A stretch of DNA of 49,922 nucleotides, from positions 23,510,251 to 23,560,172 of the forward strand of contig NC_068982.1 in NCBI RefSeq assembly GCF_001194135.2. The letters run 5' to 3'. How positions within the stretch are numbered: the first letter of the stretch is position 1; the number at the start of each line of letters is the position of its first letter. The translations under genes and the position numbers were made by a program. The notes below the pieces were generated by a model. It was not told the origin of the DNA, did no database searches, and was given only the letters and a program-made list of their open reading frames with translations. Positions 12,812 through 25,924 of this stretch are shown one piece after another. This stretch comes from Octopus bimaculoides. Lineage: Eukaryota.

Positions 12812-15800
12812 GGTATATAAATTTACATTCATATATATGTGTTTATATGTATGCATATATTATATTGGTATGTATGCTCTCACACATGTTTTCTTAAATA
12901 TATGCTATTCATTTTAAACTAAATGTAGCAAGCATGCTTCTAGCGTTTTCTTTAGAAAATGTTTTTTTTTTTTTCCTTACACTACCTTTTCCCTGTCGTG
13001 TAACTAGATTTGTAACAGATGAGTTGTTTATTAAGTTGTTGAATATAATTACAAATTACCTTAGCTTTATTACTTTTTATTGGTTTGATAAATCTTAATA
13101 CGAATTCTCGAGCGGACACTTTCAGAAAGTTATTCTATTTCTTTTTTCCCTCCAATGAAAAATATATGTTGACTCGCTCCATACTTACAAACATAAATAA
13201 CATCGTTTGAAATCTATGACATAGTATTGCTTCGATTGCCGATAGAGTAAATAATGGCCAGCTTTGATTAATCCATATGAGTATTTCAATAAAAATATTC
13301 CTAGCCTTTAGATGAAACTATAATTTCTGGTCATTAAAACCAACAAAGACCTTCGTATTCCTAATCTTTAGAGTCTGTAACAAAATATCAGTACTTTTCC
13401 TATGCTATAATAAAACCAAAGGAAAAACACATAAATCTTTTAATAAAATTATGAGCGTATTTCTACTAACATGTATTTACGTTTTCGTTTAATTTAATTT
13501 AGGAGTTTATGTATGCATTGAACACAAGGTGGCTGACTTCAATCCTGGGGTGTAAGCACTAATCTATGAAATAAATCGATATTTTTTCCTTTTGATAATA
13601 AATGTAGCGCACACAAGTTGGCAGGAAAAAGAACATTGGAAATTTGATTTTCATATTCATGCATAACGAAGAAAAAAGAAAATATAATTTCTCGTAAAAA
13701 AAAAAATATACAAAAAAAAACTATAATAAATCAAACATAGAAATCGAAGAATTTAAAAAAGAAAGAAATTTACCCCTTATATTGTAATATTGAATTCTAC
13801 ATGCACCAACTGGATTACAGGATATAATATATCATATGCATAGACACAAAAGAAGCACAAGAATAGGAACACAAACAGCCAGTAACGAACATGTATAGAC
13901 ACACAACCAGGCGCATACACACATAATCCCGTGCACTTACCCCACATATACATATGAATACGCACACTAACAAAAGCATGTAGATATGTATATACATATA
14001 TGTATGCGTTTAAGCGTTTTCAGATATGAGAGTGTGCGTGTATATGTGTAAGCATATCTATGAACGAACGAAATAATGGTACGTCCATAATAATGGTACA
14101 TCCATCCAATAATCTGTACATTGATAACATAACGGCGCCACAGAAGTGATATATATGAGATTTCAGTAGTATTCGTCAAAATTTGTTCAACTTCGACTGA
14201 AAGTAAAAACAAAAAGAAAACAGAGGTTTAGAATATAATACGTTATTTAATACGAAGGTATTTTATTTAATATATATGAGTTTGCATCTATAGGAATCTA
14301 ACCCTTACTCTTTCGCTATGTATGTATGTATGCATGTGCGTATACATATATTATATATGCAAAGATACATGCTTACGCACAGACACGTCATTATATACAT
14401 ACAGACACATACACTAACACACACACACACACACGCACCCACACACACACATGTATGTATGTAAATGTTGAACAAGAATGTTCAACACCGCATTGGTGGA
14501 TAAAATTTATATATTGAAACTACCATTGGCTTCATATTAAGGACATAAACATAAACACACACGCGCACACTCATCTCACGCGCACACACTAACACACACA
14601 CAGATGTAAAACAAAGATGTCTCTTCCACACGGATACATATATATATATGTATATGTATATATATACATATATATATATATATAAATATATATATAAATA
14701 TATATNNNNNNNNNNNNNNNNNNNNNNNNNNNNNNNNNNNNNNNNNNNNNNNNNNNNNNNNNNNNNNNNNNNNNNNNNNNNNNNNNNNNNNNNNNNNNNN
14801 NNNNNNNNNNNNNNNNNNNNNNNNNNNNNNNNNNNNNNNNNNNNNNNNNNNNNNNNNNNNNNNNNNNNNNNNNNNNNNNNNNNNNNNNNNNNNNNNNNNN
14901 NNNNNNNNNNNNNNNNNNNNNNNNNNNNNNNNNNNNNNNNNNNNNNNNNNNNNNNNNNNNNNNNNNNNNNNNNNNNNNNNNNNNNNNNNNNNNNNNNNNN
15001 NNNNNNNNNNNNNNNNNNNNNNNNNNNNNNNNNNNNNNNNNNNNNNNNNNNNNNNNNNNNNNNNNNNNNNNNNNNNNNNNNNNNNNNNNNNNNNNNNNNN
15101 NNNNNNNNNNNNNNNNNNNNNNNNNNNNNNNNNNNNNNNNNNNNNNNNNNNNNNNNNNNNNNNNNNNNNNNNNNNNNNNNNNNNNNNNNNNNNNNNNNNN
15201 NNNNNNNNNNNNNNNNNNNNNNNNNNNNNNCTTCCAAACCACTATTAGGTATAAATATCGAAGGGAATGAAAAATAAAAACATTTGCCAACAATCTCCTG
15301 GACAATGGTTTCTGACTCTATATTAGCAAATAAAATAATTTGCTACGTGGTGTCTTCATCAACAGGTACTATGGTCCAGGAGATAGATGGTATTTTTTTA
15401 AAATTTTTCATTCATTCGAAATTTATTTCTAATAGTGGGTTGAATTTTGGCTATGCCATCTAGCTTGCCAGGTATCTTATGATGGACACTTATTATGTGT
15501 TTAAATGTACACTGTATTTATATGAATAACATATAGTCTATTGAATAAGTTTCCTATACACGCTAGGCCACTGCTAATAAAAAAATTCTAAATTTTTTTT
15601 TATCCTGACATAATTAATTGTATATGTATACAACGTAATATGTCGTAGTTTAATATAATAGGTTTGTAATAGTCAAATCCGTTAATTGCTGCGTCCATGG
15701 TCATTAAGAGGAAGAATAAGTACAAATATACACTCTCAAATCTACAGACACATATGACCTTCTCTCCCTCTCCCTCTCAATCTATGTGTTTATCTATCAT

Positions 15801-16432
15801 TCTATCTATTTATCCACCTGTCTGTCTATTTATCTATTTATCTTTCTATTGAAGACGAGAATTGGCACAAAATACAATTAATCTTATTTTAGTACAAAAT
15901 AACAATAAAACAGTAAGTGAACGAAATACTCTCTTCGTGATATATAAATCTAGGGAGTTTCGTGATTCCGACGTCTTAAAGAAAATGACCTGAAAAAGAG
16001 CTGTTACCTTACGAAAACCTGTTTTTATATTTTCTTTCTTTTTCTATGCACTAATCTACTCTTATTTTCGTTTTTCTGCTGTCTACGTGTTGTCTCAAGT
16101 TTCCATTCTGCAAGTATTTCTTTCTTCCTCTCTTTTCTGTTATTATTATCAGCCATTTATTTTCTTTTTCAGAAGATTGCGATTACTCCTATCCCCCATT
16201 ATTTACTCATAGGCATCATCCCTGTACTTATTTGTTTATTCTCCTGCATCTTAGAACGGTGTTTCATGTCTTGAATTTTTTCATTTCATGGTCTCTGATT
16301 AGTTACCATATTTCACAAGCCCTGTTTTGTCTATTTAGTTGCTGAAAATGTTCATTGTGGCTCTCTCTTGTGGTATGTGAGTTGTCCATACTACAAGTTG
16401 TTTATGAGACTATTTTAAGTATACTATAAAAC

Positions 16433-16601
<169 letters not shown>

Positions 16602-16806
16602 TGTAAAAATTTGGTGAATCCTCACATTTTTCGCTTCTTGTGGCCTTCACCTAAATATAACGTACTTCCTTCTTTACAAGTTTTTTTCTGCTTCTCATTC
16701 TCTATTTATTCAATTATTTCTGCGCGATACTTAACAATTCTTTTGTTTTCTGATAATATAATAGCAATGATATATATTTTTATGTTTGTGTATATAAATG
16801 CAGATA

Positions 16807-16849
<43 letters not shown>

Positions 16850-17392
16850 ACACACACACACACACACACGCACACACACACACACACTCACACACACCCA
16901 CACATACACACCCAAACAGATACACATATACAGATAGACAGACAGACAGATAGATATATAGAGGAGGATAGAAGCGTTGGAAACCTGGCCCGTAATCATT
17001 CAAAAGATGAAAACTGAAATATAATGAATGGAAAGTGGAAAGTGTATAGTAGTTATACAAACTAAAGAGGAGATAGGGATTTAATTAGACAAAATGGCAG
17101 AAGCCAAAAATGACGACATAATGTTTTTCCATCGTGAATCCGTGAAAAGAACATTTAACCACGTTTGTCTTACAGGTGATAGAGGGGACGTGAAGGCCGC
17201 GATGCAGCCGCTTTCATTACACTAAGATTATAAGAGTTACTCAAAGGGGGGGGGGCATTAAATTTACCCCTCGCAGAAACAAAATTTAAAGCCCTTTTTG
17301 TTTGATCTCCGAATGTACAGAGCCATTACTAAATGCTGCAAACCATTTTATCCGATGCATTAACGTTCTAAGTATTCTATCAGCCCCCAGAG

Positions 17393-17610
17393 CAATATTG
17401 ATTTACCAAATTTCGGCACAAGGCAGACAGTTTTAAAGGTGGGGTAAATCGATTGCATTGATCTCAGTACTCAATAGCTATTCATTTCATAGACCACGAA
17501 AGGAGGAAATGCAGAGTCGACCCCAGCGTCGTTTAAACTCAGAACGTAAATACATACGCAATTCTGCTAAGCGTTTTAACCGGCATACCAACGATTCTGC
17601 CAGCACCCAG
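17393..17610 (-). mobile_element. degenerate tRNA-derived SINE (same family as the 8521 monomers)
   Basis: Reverse complement reads gctggcagaatcgttgg...cgcttagcagaattgcg...ttacgttctgagtttaaacgacgctggggtcgactctgcatttcctcctttcgtggtc...ccttgtgccgaaattt. Confidence 0.8.
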
Positions 17611-18036
17611 CTCTTCTGTAGAGTAGAGCTCAATAAGTTCTTCGTTGTTGTAACTGTGATATTTGGGAATTCATACATATAGATAAACTTTTAAAAGCTG
17701 ATTTATTTCTAATATAATTTACTTTACAGAATTTTAGATTTTTAGTATATATTAATAATATCCTGACGACAGTGTATGTTAAATGAAACAGAGTAACATG
17801 TAAAACACTTCAGAATGTTGCCGCAAGTTTCTATTTGTATCATTTCCGACACGAGAAATGTTTCAAATTTACTCTTTTCAATAATTGGTGTAATAATTTC
17901 GAATATCAGGTATTAAAAAAATTATTATGGGAACAAAATATCTGGTGAGATTGATACGCAATCCACATCTCATTAACATCACTCTGCTTTGTGGAAAAAT
18001 AAATGTTATCTTAACGACATGCATTTTCGTCATATA

Positions 18037-18067
<31 letters not shown>

Positions 18068-18959
18068 CCAACCCACTGGTGTTAGACCTGACCCATTATT
18101 CACATTATCAGCTAAATATCCCTGCTTACATTGCTAAATGAGATAATATATTTATTGCAGTTCCTAATCCAATTCATTTTCCTATTCAAGTTCATTTATC
18201 TTCTTTAAACATATATGCTCTCATATAATGGCTTTCTTGTCACCATTACACAATAACTTTCATCCGCAGAAATCCTTCTATAATTCTTCATCATCTTTAA
18301 ATCATACGCTCTAGTCATTCATACACTTTATATATTATTACATTTTTCTATGTGTAACTACATCTTCCTTTACATCGAATTCAAGAATTTCAATAAGACG
18401 TAATTCTCTCCTCAAATAACATAATACGTATAATGAAAAGCCCTATTCGTATTCATCTTAATGAAATTAATACAAACATTAAACTGAATTCTACTTCGGA
18501 CTTGCAATTCATACAAATCCCGCAATTCCGACAACAGTTGTCTAAAAAGCTGATTTATTATTCTCAACAAGACAAGACATATTGCTAAGCAAAGACTGAA
18601 TCATAAACTCTACGCTTAATATTTAGGAGATTACGTAATTGAGACTTTTATATATCTATAACAGTGTAAATAGTAAGGACGCTATCTCACAAAAGTTTCT
18701 ACTCATAAATATTAAATTAACCGCTAAATTCCAGTTTATAGTTATATGGTGTAGAACGGTGGTGGGTCAGATACACAGTGCACATCAAACATTTGGTGAG
18801 ACGATCGACAGCCATCTAGACAGTCATTCGCAAGTTCCATAAATGTGCTTCTAGAGACACGAAAATAGGAAAAAAAAATATTATACATATTAATCCGGCA
18901 TATATATTTTATGTATGAAATCGGAGTTCGAATCTCGTTAGAATTCCTAAAAATCAGTA

Positions 18960-19155
18960 TACAGGGACCTTGCCGGCTGCACTCATGACGCGAAGGGGAT
19001 TTAGTACCTTGAAATACTGATTTCTTCCGCAAAATAGGAATGGCGATGGCCTGACGGAGAAATTAGTCCTGCGAAGTGGAGCGGCTGCCACAGCGAGTGT
19101 CGCTGGCCATTCTCCGTGGCAACACTATCGCGGCCATTGTCGCGAGGTGCTGATG
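18960..19155 (+). mobile_element. possible CRE-clade (RLE-type) non-LTR retrotransposon 3' coding remnant
   Basis: GC-rich island. 19091-19153 reads QRVSLAILRGNTIAAIVARC*, close to the QR(L/I)S.A(I/V)QRGNAA.(V/I) C-terminal motif of CRE-type ORFs. The upstream part is heavily degraded. Confidence 0.45.
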
Positions 19156-20665
19156 AATACCCCTCTCGGATATGTGACTGCTCACCCGTCCCTCCCTGTC
19201 TTCCGCAGCTTTGTTTTCAAAGTTTTAAAGTGTGTACTGGTAAATACAATATCATAACTTTTTGAACGAAAGCTTCTTAGAAAACTATACAGAAATGAAG
19301 GGGCTTCCGTAGAAACATTGGTGGTGGAGTATCATTTAAAGTAAGTAATAGTTTAGTAATATATCATAAGAAGAAACTAACGAATGGGCTGTCGGATAAA
19401 CATATAAATTCGTATATACTGTGTGTATGCTTCAGTGTGTAATTGTATGTGCGTGTGCTGCGTGTGCGTGTGTGTGTGGGAGTAAGTTTGTCTGCGGGTG
19501 TGTGCGTTTTGCGTATGTTGTGTGTGTGAGTTTGTGAATACGGAAACATTTACAGGAAAAAATATCACCATGTATATCAGTGACTTTGTAGTAAGTATAA
19601 ATGATGAAAGTGGAATCATATTCTCCCCATAGAAAGGTGCATGTATATAGAAAGTTATCTATGTGTGGGTGCATGTGTGTATGTGTGTATATATGTATTT
19701 ATGTATGCATGTATGTAGGTATGTTGGTAGGTAAGTAGATCTATGAAGGTATGTTTGTATTTAGTAGGTATATAAATAGGTATATTTGTAAGTAGGCATC
19801 TATGTATGTGTATATGTATATGCATACATACAAACGCACACACACACACACACACACACACATGCACCCATATATATGATGAATTTTTGATCAAGTGATT
19901 ATATTTCCAGTGTTGCTCATACAGAAATTGTATTGTTTTAAAATGGATACCACATTGTTTTACAAATGATGTTACCTGTGGAACAACAAAAATGTGCTCT
20001 AACATTTATCAATGTATATACAAAATTACAAGAATATGCATATGTAGGTATAGCTTTATATGTGATTGTTGGGGTGTTATATTCATTTGTGTATATGCAT
20101 GCGTGTATGAGTGTGTATATGTGTGTTTGTTCGTTAGTGTAAGAATTTGTATGCACGTATATCTATATATATGTATGTATAACAATATATTCGTATAATT
20201 ATCTATTTACCTATATTTATATGCGAAACACATATATGTATATACACAAATATGTACGTATATGTAGGTATATANNNNNNNNNNTGTTATATAAAAATAT
20301 TGAATCAAAAGAATTGACGCGTATAATTATATTGCGTATGATGTTTTACCTCTGAGCTATTAGAATAACCATTGTATGCACGATAAAGTCTACGAAAATA
20401 AACAATAATTGGTTGGAGAAAGACAGGGAAAAAAACACAGAATTCAAAGAAACAATGTAGGAAAAACAAGCAGGGAATTTAAATGAAGGAATATATACAA
20501 ATGCGTATATACATGCACATACATACGTTTATACATATATTCATACACACAGAAACACACACACACACATATAAATATAGATATATACACACACACACAT
20601 ATAAATATAGATATATACACACACACATATATATATATATGCACAATATATGTATAAACACACAC

Positions 20666-20732
<67 letters not shown>

Positions 20733-21374
20733 CAAATACACATAGACACACATACACACATACACAACAGACAGAAATTATAGATAAAATAAACAAATTA
20801 ATGCAATAAATTTCAAATGTACAAAATTATGAAAATATTATTGAATAACTGAAAAACATTGAATAGCAAAGTAAAAAAAAAAAAGAAAAAAAAAGGAGAA
20901 AAATCAACAAAAGAAATAGTTTGGAAAACAGCGAAAAATAGGTTTGAAATAATATCGTTAGAGAAATGGTGTGTTTTATGTGTTTGTGAGCGACTGTGTG
21001 AATGTGGGTGTACCCTGCTGCGTTGATCTCTCTATACGTCTCTCTGTATGTTTCGTGGTTTATGTACGTTAATGTGTCCATATTGGGATAAGACAGTTTT
21101 TGAATACAAATTTGAGTAAATGACTAACGATCTTAATAGCCTGATGTATATGTCTATATATGTAGTAAAGATGTATATGAATTCGTATTGATGTGTATAA
21201 ATCTCCTTTCACAACCTCTCAACGTATGTATATTTATATATGTGTTTATTGTATGCATATGTATATATATATATATATTTCTCTCTCTCTCTATATATAT
21301 ATGATTGTATGAGTGCGTGTATATTTATATGTATATATATATATATATGTGTGTGTGTATAGGCAAACACATAT

Positions 21375-21840
21375 GCATAGATCATTCATACTATTAATAA
21401 TTTTATTTTTGTGATGAAATGAATGCATTTTGTCAAGTTTATTTATGACTTATATGTGACGAAACAAGTGAAGGAAAAAACAACAATACACAATTCAACA
21501 ACTGCTTCATTTCACGGGTATTTTATTTGGGATTTTCAAAAAATGTCATGTTCAAATTTATTCATACCTAGGCTTACCCAGCTCGGGATTGTTGCCAAGG
21601 AAGAGTGGACCAGCATCCCAGAGGAAACATGTTGGAAGATTGTGAACAAGAGTCGTCTAGAAGTAGTCATAAAAAGCAAAGGCTAATGCTATTGATAATT
21701 AAACAAACATATTGGACTGAGTAATCCTAGGATACGAAGAAGTAACTCAATCAAACTTGACAAAATACATTCGTGCTATCTCAAACAAAATTTTAAATCA
21801 TAAAATTCTACAAGGACATGAATAATTTTGAGGACGACTG
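21375..21840 (+). mobile_element. internally deleted Tc1-type transposon with IR/DR-style terminal repeats
   Basis: C-terminal transposase motif KEEWTSIPEETCWKIVNKSRLEVVIKSKG (about 21597-21686). Right end gaataattttgaggacgactg|TA at 21840. 21421-21440 is the inverse of 21753-21772 at 19/20. Inner direct repeat ttcaaatttattcataccta at 21551-21570. Confidence 0.8.
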
Positions 21841-21904
21841 TATACATCTACCCAGACGCGCTCACACATACACACACAAACACACACACACATACATATG
21901 ATAT

Positions 21905-23170
21905 AAACTATTACTTTCAACCAGATGCTCAGGCATTGCTGGAGCAGCGCCTTTCCGTGTGTTTTCTTTCCTCTATGTGCTGCTTTTGAAGTTGCGAGTT
22001 GGATTAAATTGGCTCTGACTTGATGTAGATTCATCTGGTATCTCACAGGACATTTCCAGTCGCCTTTTGAAGTCCTCTACACTTACACCTGGCAAATCTC
22101 TTAGGTTGTTTGGCAGATTGTTGAACAGTTGCGAACCCTTACATTCTATGCTCTTACAGTAGTTGTTGTTTATTTTTTACCAAAAGAGAGAAGACGCGGT
22201 CTTTGGTACAATGCATTATCGTCTAGTTCAGTGGTTGCTATAGCTTTTAATTTCAAAGTTGAGAGCTAGAGGCTCAAGAACTTCCATATGTATATCACGG
22301 CGTCTCTATATTTGCGGCTTCTCTTGAGTGAGTGGAGCTTTAGTGACTTTAGCCTCTCCCAGTAGCTCACCTATATCTTTGTGTAGTGTCACTGTATTGC
22401 CGTCACTTCCCTCTGCAGTTTGTGGCTCTGTAATGACCACATTTTGGATCAGACTAAAGTTCTCCTTATGAGGAGCATGGTATACATTTCCCCGGCAGTG
22501 ATTCAGAATCTATCAAGGTACTCGCCTGCATACTGTACGGTGTACAGTGTTGCCATCTTCGCAACATGCACATATTATGTTGCATTATTACTCATTTGTA
22601 TTCCCGGGTCACACACTGACACAGAATCAAAAATTGCGCTAACGTCTAGTCCTGCGTATGCCGATTGTAGATTGTGATCCTATTGTGGAGTACTTCAAGA
22701 TTCTCATCATTGAACTGCACGCTATCTTCATTAGCCCATTTGAATGTTACATTCGAGTCATATAACAGTTTTAATATGTCATCATCTGTTTGACTGACTG
22801 TACTACTCTTGTATCATTAGCGTGACTGAGGGAGTGACTGACTGTATTGTAGCAGCATATCTGTGAGAGCCACCGTAAACAGCAGTCGGCTCTGTAAGTT
22901 TAGTTGTGGGACTCCGCTGCGAATTGATGTCCCGAGAGAAAGTACTAATGGTTGCAACCGTCCGACTTCTGCCTTTTAAAATGCCATGCAATCACTTTCC
23001 CAGTTCTCCAGCGTTACTAAGGTCGCCTAGCTTGTGACATATCCTCCCATGATTGACTTTGTGAAAGAAGTTGAAACATTGATATTTTGGGGGTTGAATT
23101 GCTGTTCTAGTACGAAGTTGCATTGCAGTACTGCGTTAGGCAGCTTCTCTCTTGACGTAAGAACGGGAGA
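21905..23170 (-). mobile_element. CR1-clade LINE, 5'-truncated ORF2 remnant (RT domain to 3' end), many disablements
   Basis: Minus strand across shifts: RQERSCLTQ, FHKVNHGRICHKLGDL, LKGRSRTV, SGVPQ...LLFTVALTDM, HANDTRV (decayed YADD box), KWANEDSVQFN, YWERLKSLKLHSL, KGSQLFNNLPNNLRDL...FKRRLE. These are collinear CR1 ORF2 motifs. Confidence 0.88.
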
Positions 23171-25440
23171 ACGGTATGGAATATATACCATCTCACTATA
23201 GTAATTTATTGAAATTTCATGGCTATATGCACGACTACGTGATAGTGACTTTGTTGATACTGGAATAGTTCAATCTGATGCTAGAAGCGAGTAAGCATAC
23301 ACATATAAACTATTAATAAAAGAAACATGGGCACACACATATTCATGTGAAAGCATGAAAGACACATTAGAACTGTTCAAACACTTGAACGTTCTATATA
23401 CAAAAGTCATTGAAAATCATTTCTTCACCCAGAAAGAAATTATATTCTCTATACACAGAGATGTACACACGTGTGTATGTGTGATTGTACTCGTAGAAAT
23501 AATAAATAATTAAATAAGATCTTAATACATGACAAACATTTCATGTGACATAAATTGAATTAAATTAAGTTAAATCAAAATAGGTGTCTAGAGTACAACT
23601 AAAAAGACAAAATAAAATATGAACTTATTACCGATCGGTAGTTCCCAAAAGCATTAAGAACACGTGATCTAATTTCAGTGTTGTTTTTTGAAGCCAATGG
23701 CATCTACGTGTTGTTTGTTTACTGAAGAATGTATCTTTTCTACGGCCACTCTTTTACTCTTATTTTCTTTTTTTGTCGACAGTATTTTAGTATCTCTTGG
23801 TGAGTTTATTCACTCTGTAATATCAAAAAATACACGGTCTTGACTTTCGTAATTACCGCTTCATTAAAATAACACTACTCTTTGATTAATATTGTTTATC
23901 CAGTCCATAATTATTACATTGAACATATTAAATGATGTTGCACTAAGTATAATTATTTGGTATACATCTTCTTCATAAGAGCGAATACCGAATCCGACTG
24001 TATATCAAATTATATTTAATTAGTGATTTCTATACTAACATTTTGGGAGGTATGATGGAATTGTACAGAATATATCCTTTAGTCCCTTCTATATTTGCTG
24101 GAACGTTTACAGTAATTATAGAATACCTACTGACAAATACTTTTAGGAGTTTTCCACACTATATTTTAAACAGCATTTTAATATGCCTATCATGAAAAGG
24201 TTTTACCCGAAATATACGTTCTGCCTCATGTAAGAAAGGCTATTCCGCTATATACTGCCAAGGATGTTCTCCAAATTTCATAATCACCGGCAGAGGTGGA
24301 GAGAGTCCTGCCATATGTCAACTGCGCAATCATTACTGTATATCCTTCGTGCATCGGCAATATAAAATACTAGATAAGCACTAATGCCTTGTAAACGATG
24401 ATGTTATCAGCACTAATATTTATAGTGATGTCCACAAATTAGAATTCAATAAAAATGAATACTTTCTTCATCTAAAAATGTGAAACTCACAGTATAATTC
24501 TAATATTTGTGATACTTAGATTAATTAAATAATTATTTGCACTATGAAACCTCTCCACTTATCAATGGCATTTTTATTTTATTCCTTATTTTTTTAATTA
24601 TTTTTTTGTCATAGATAAGCAAAAACTGAAACTTGAGACTAGAACACAACATTTATAAAGGGATATTTCTGTTTAAATCTTGTGTAAGAGAATTATGATG
24701 CAAAATAGCTATGAAAATTATATATACATATATNNNNNNNNNNNNNNNNNNNNNNNNNNNNNNNNNNNNNNNNNNNNNNNNNNNNNNNNNNNNNNNNNNN
24801 NNNNNNNNNNNNNNNNNNNNNNNNNNNNNNNNNNNNNNNNNNNNNNNNNNNNNNNNNNNNNNNNNNNNNNNNNNNNNNNNNNNNNNNNNNNNNNNNNNNN
24901 NNNNNNNNNNNNNNNNNNTATATATATGCACATAGACCTACACACGCACACACACACACACACACACAAACACAACACTTCATTTAAATTTGCTACAGGG
25001 CAATTTTCCTGTCATAAACAACAGCACGTACTTCACATTTCCCATTGCACTCTTTTGCGTATGAATTTTCAAAGTCTTTTTTCAATCAGTTTTTCCCTTC
25101 GGAGATACCAATACTCGGGTTAGTCTGTGAACATTGTAATACATTTTAACAGATTCTACATATATGAGTATATATAAATAGCACAACTTCCCTGCCATGC
25201 AGTGTTAGAGAGAGATTAAACTTAACATCATGTACTATTTATTTTTATATATCTTCAGTTAAATATGACAAACTCTATATCTTTAAGAGTCAAATGGAAT
25301 AATTATAGTCGTTTTCTCATATTAGAAAATTACAATTATTTCATGCGAATAACTTGCTCTATACATTTAGTTCTGCACACCAGAAGCAAAATATACAGAT
25401 ATGTATGCATGGTCTTATGTATGTAGGCGAGTATATATAT

Positions 25441-25475
<35 letters not shown>

Positions 25476-25712
25476 NNNNNNNNNNNNNNNNNNNNNNNNN
25501 NNNNNNNNNNNNNNNNNNNNNNNNNNNNNNNNNNNNNNNNNNNNNNNNNNNNNNNNNNNNNNNNNNNNNNNNNNNNNNNNNNNNNNNNNNNNNNNNNNNN
25601 NNNNNNNNNNNNNNNNNNNNNNNNNNNNNNNNNNNNNNNNNNNNNNNNNNNNNNNNNNNNNNNNNNNNNNNNNNNNNNNNNNNNNNNNNNNNNNNNNNNN
25701 NNNNNNNNNNNN

Positions 25713-25772
<60 letters not shown>

Positions 25773-25924
25773 TCATCACCTAGACGCACACGCACACACG
25801 CAATGAGAACACACGAACACATGGACAAATAGAGACATATATCTGCACTCACGAATATATATGTATGTGTTTTGTGTGTAGAAGTAAACCCATACACACA
25901 CAATACATATATATACATGCACTC

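Noticed and set aside
13255-13275. 12-nt match gccagctttgat to the miR-2 family
   Set aside because: The seed region differs and no flanking hairpin is evident.
14466-14487. 9-bp perfect hairpin tgttgaaca-agaa-tgttcaaca
   Set aside because: It is isolated and within chance expectation for 50 kb of AT-rich DNA.
18760-18850. KHLVRRSTAI*TVIRKFHK, faintly like a Tc1 N-terminal HTH
   Set aside because: Too short, and no TIR or further motif supports it.
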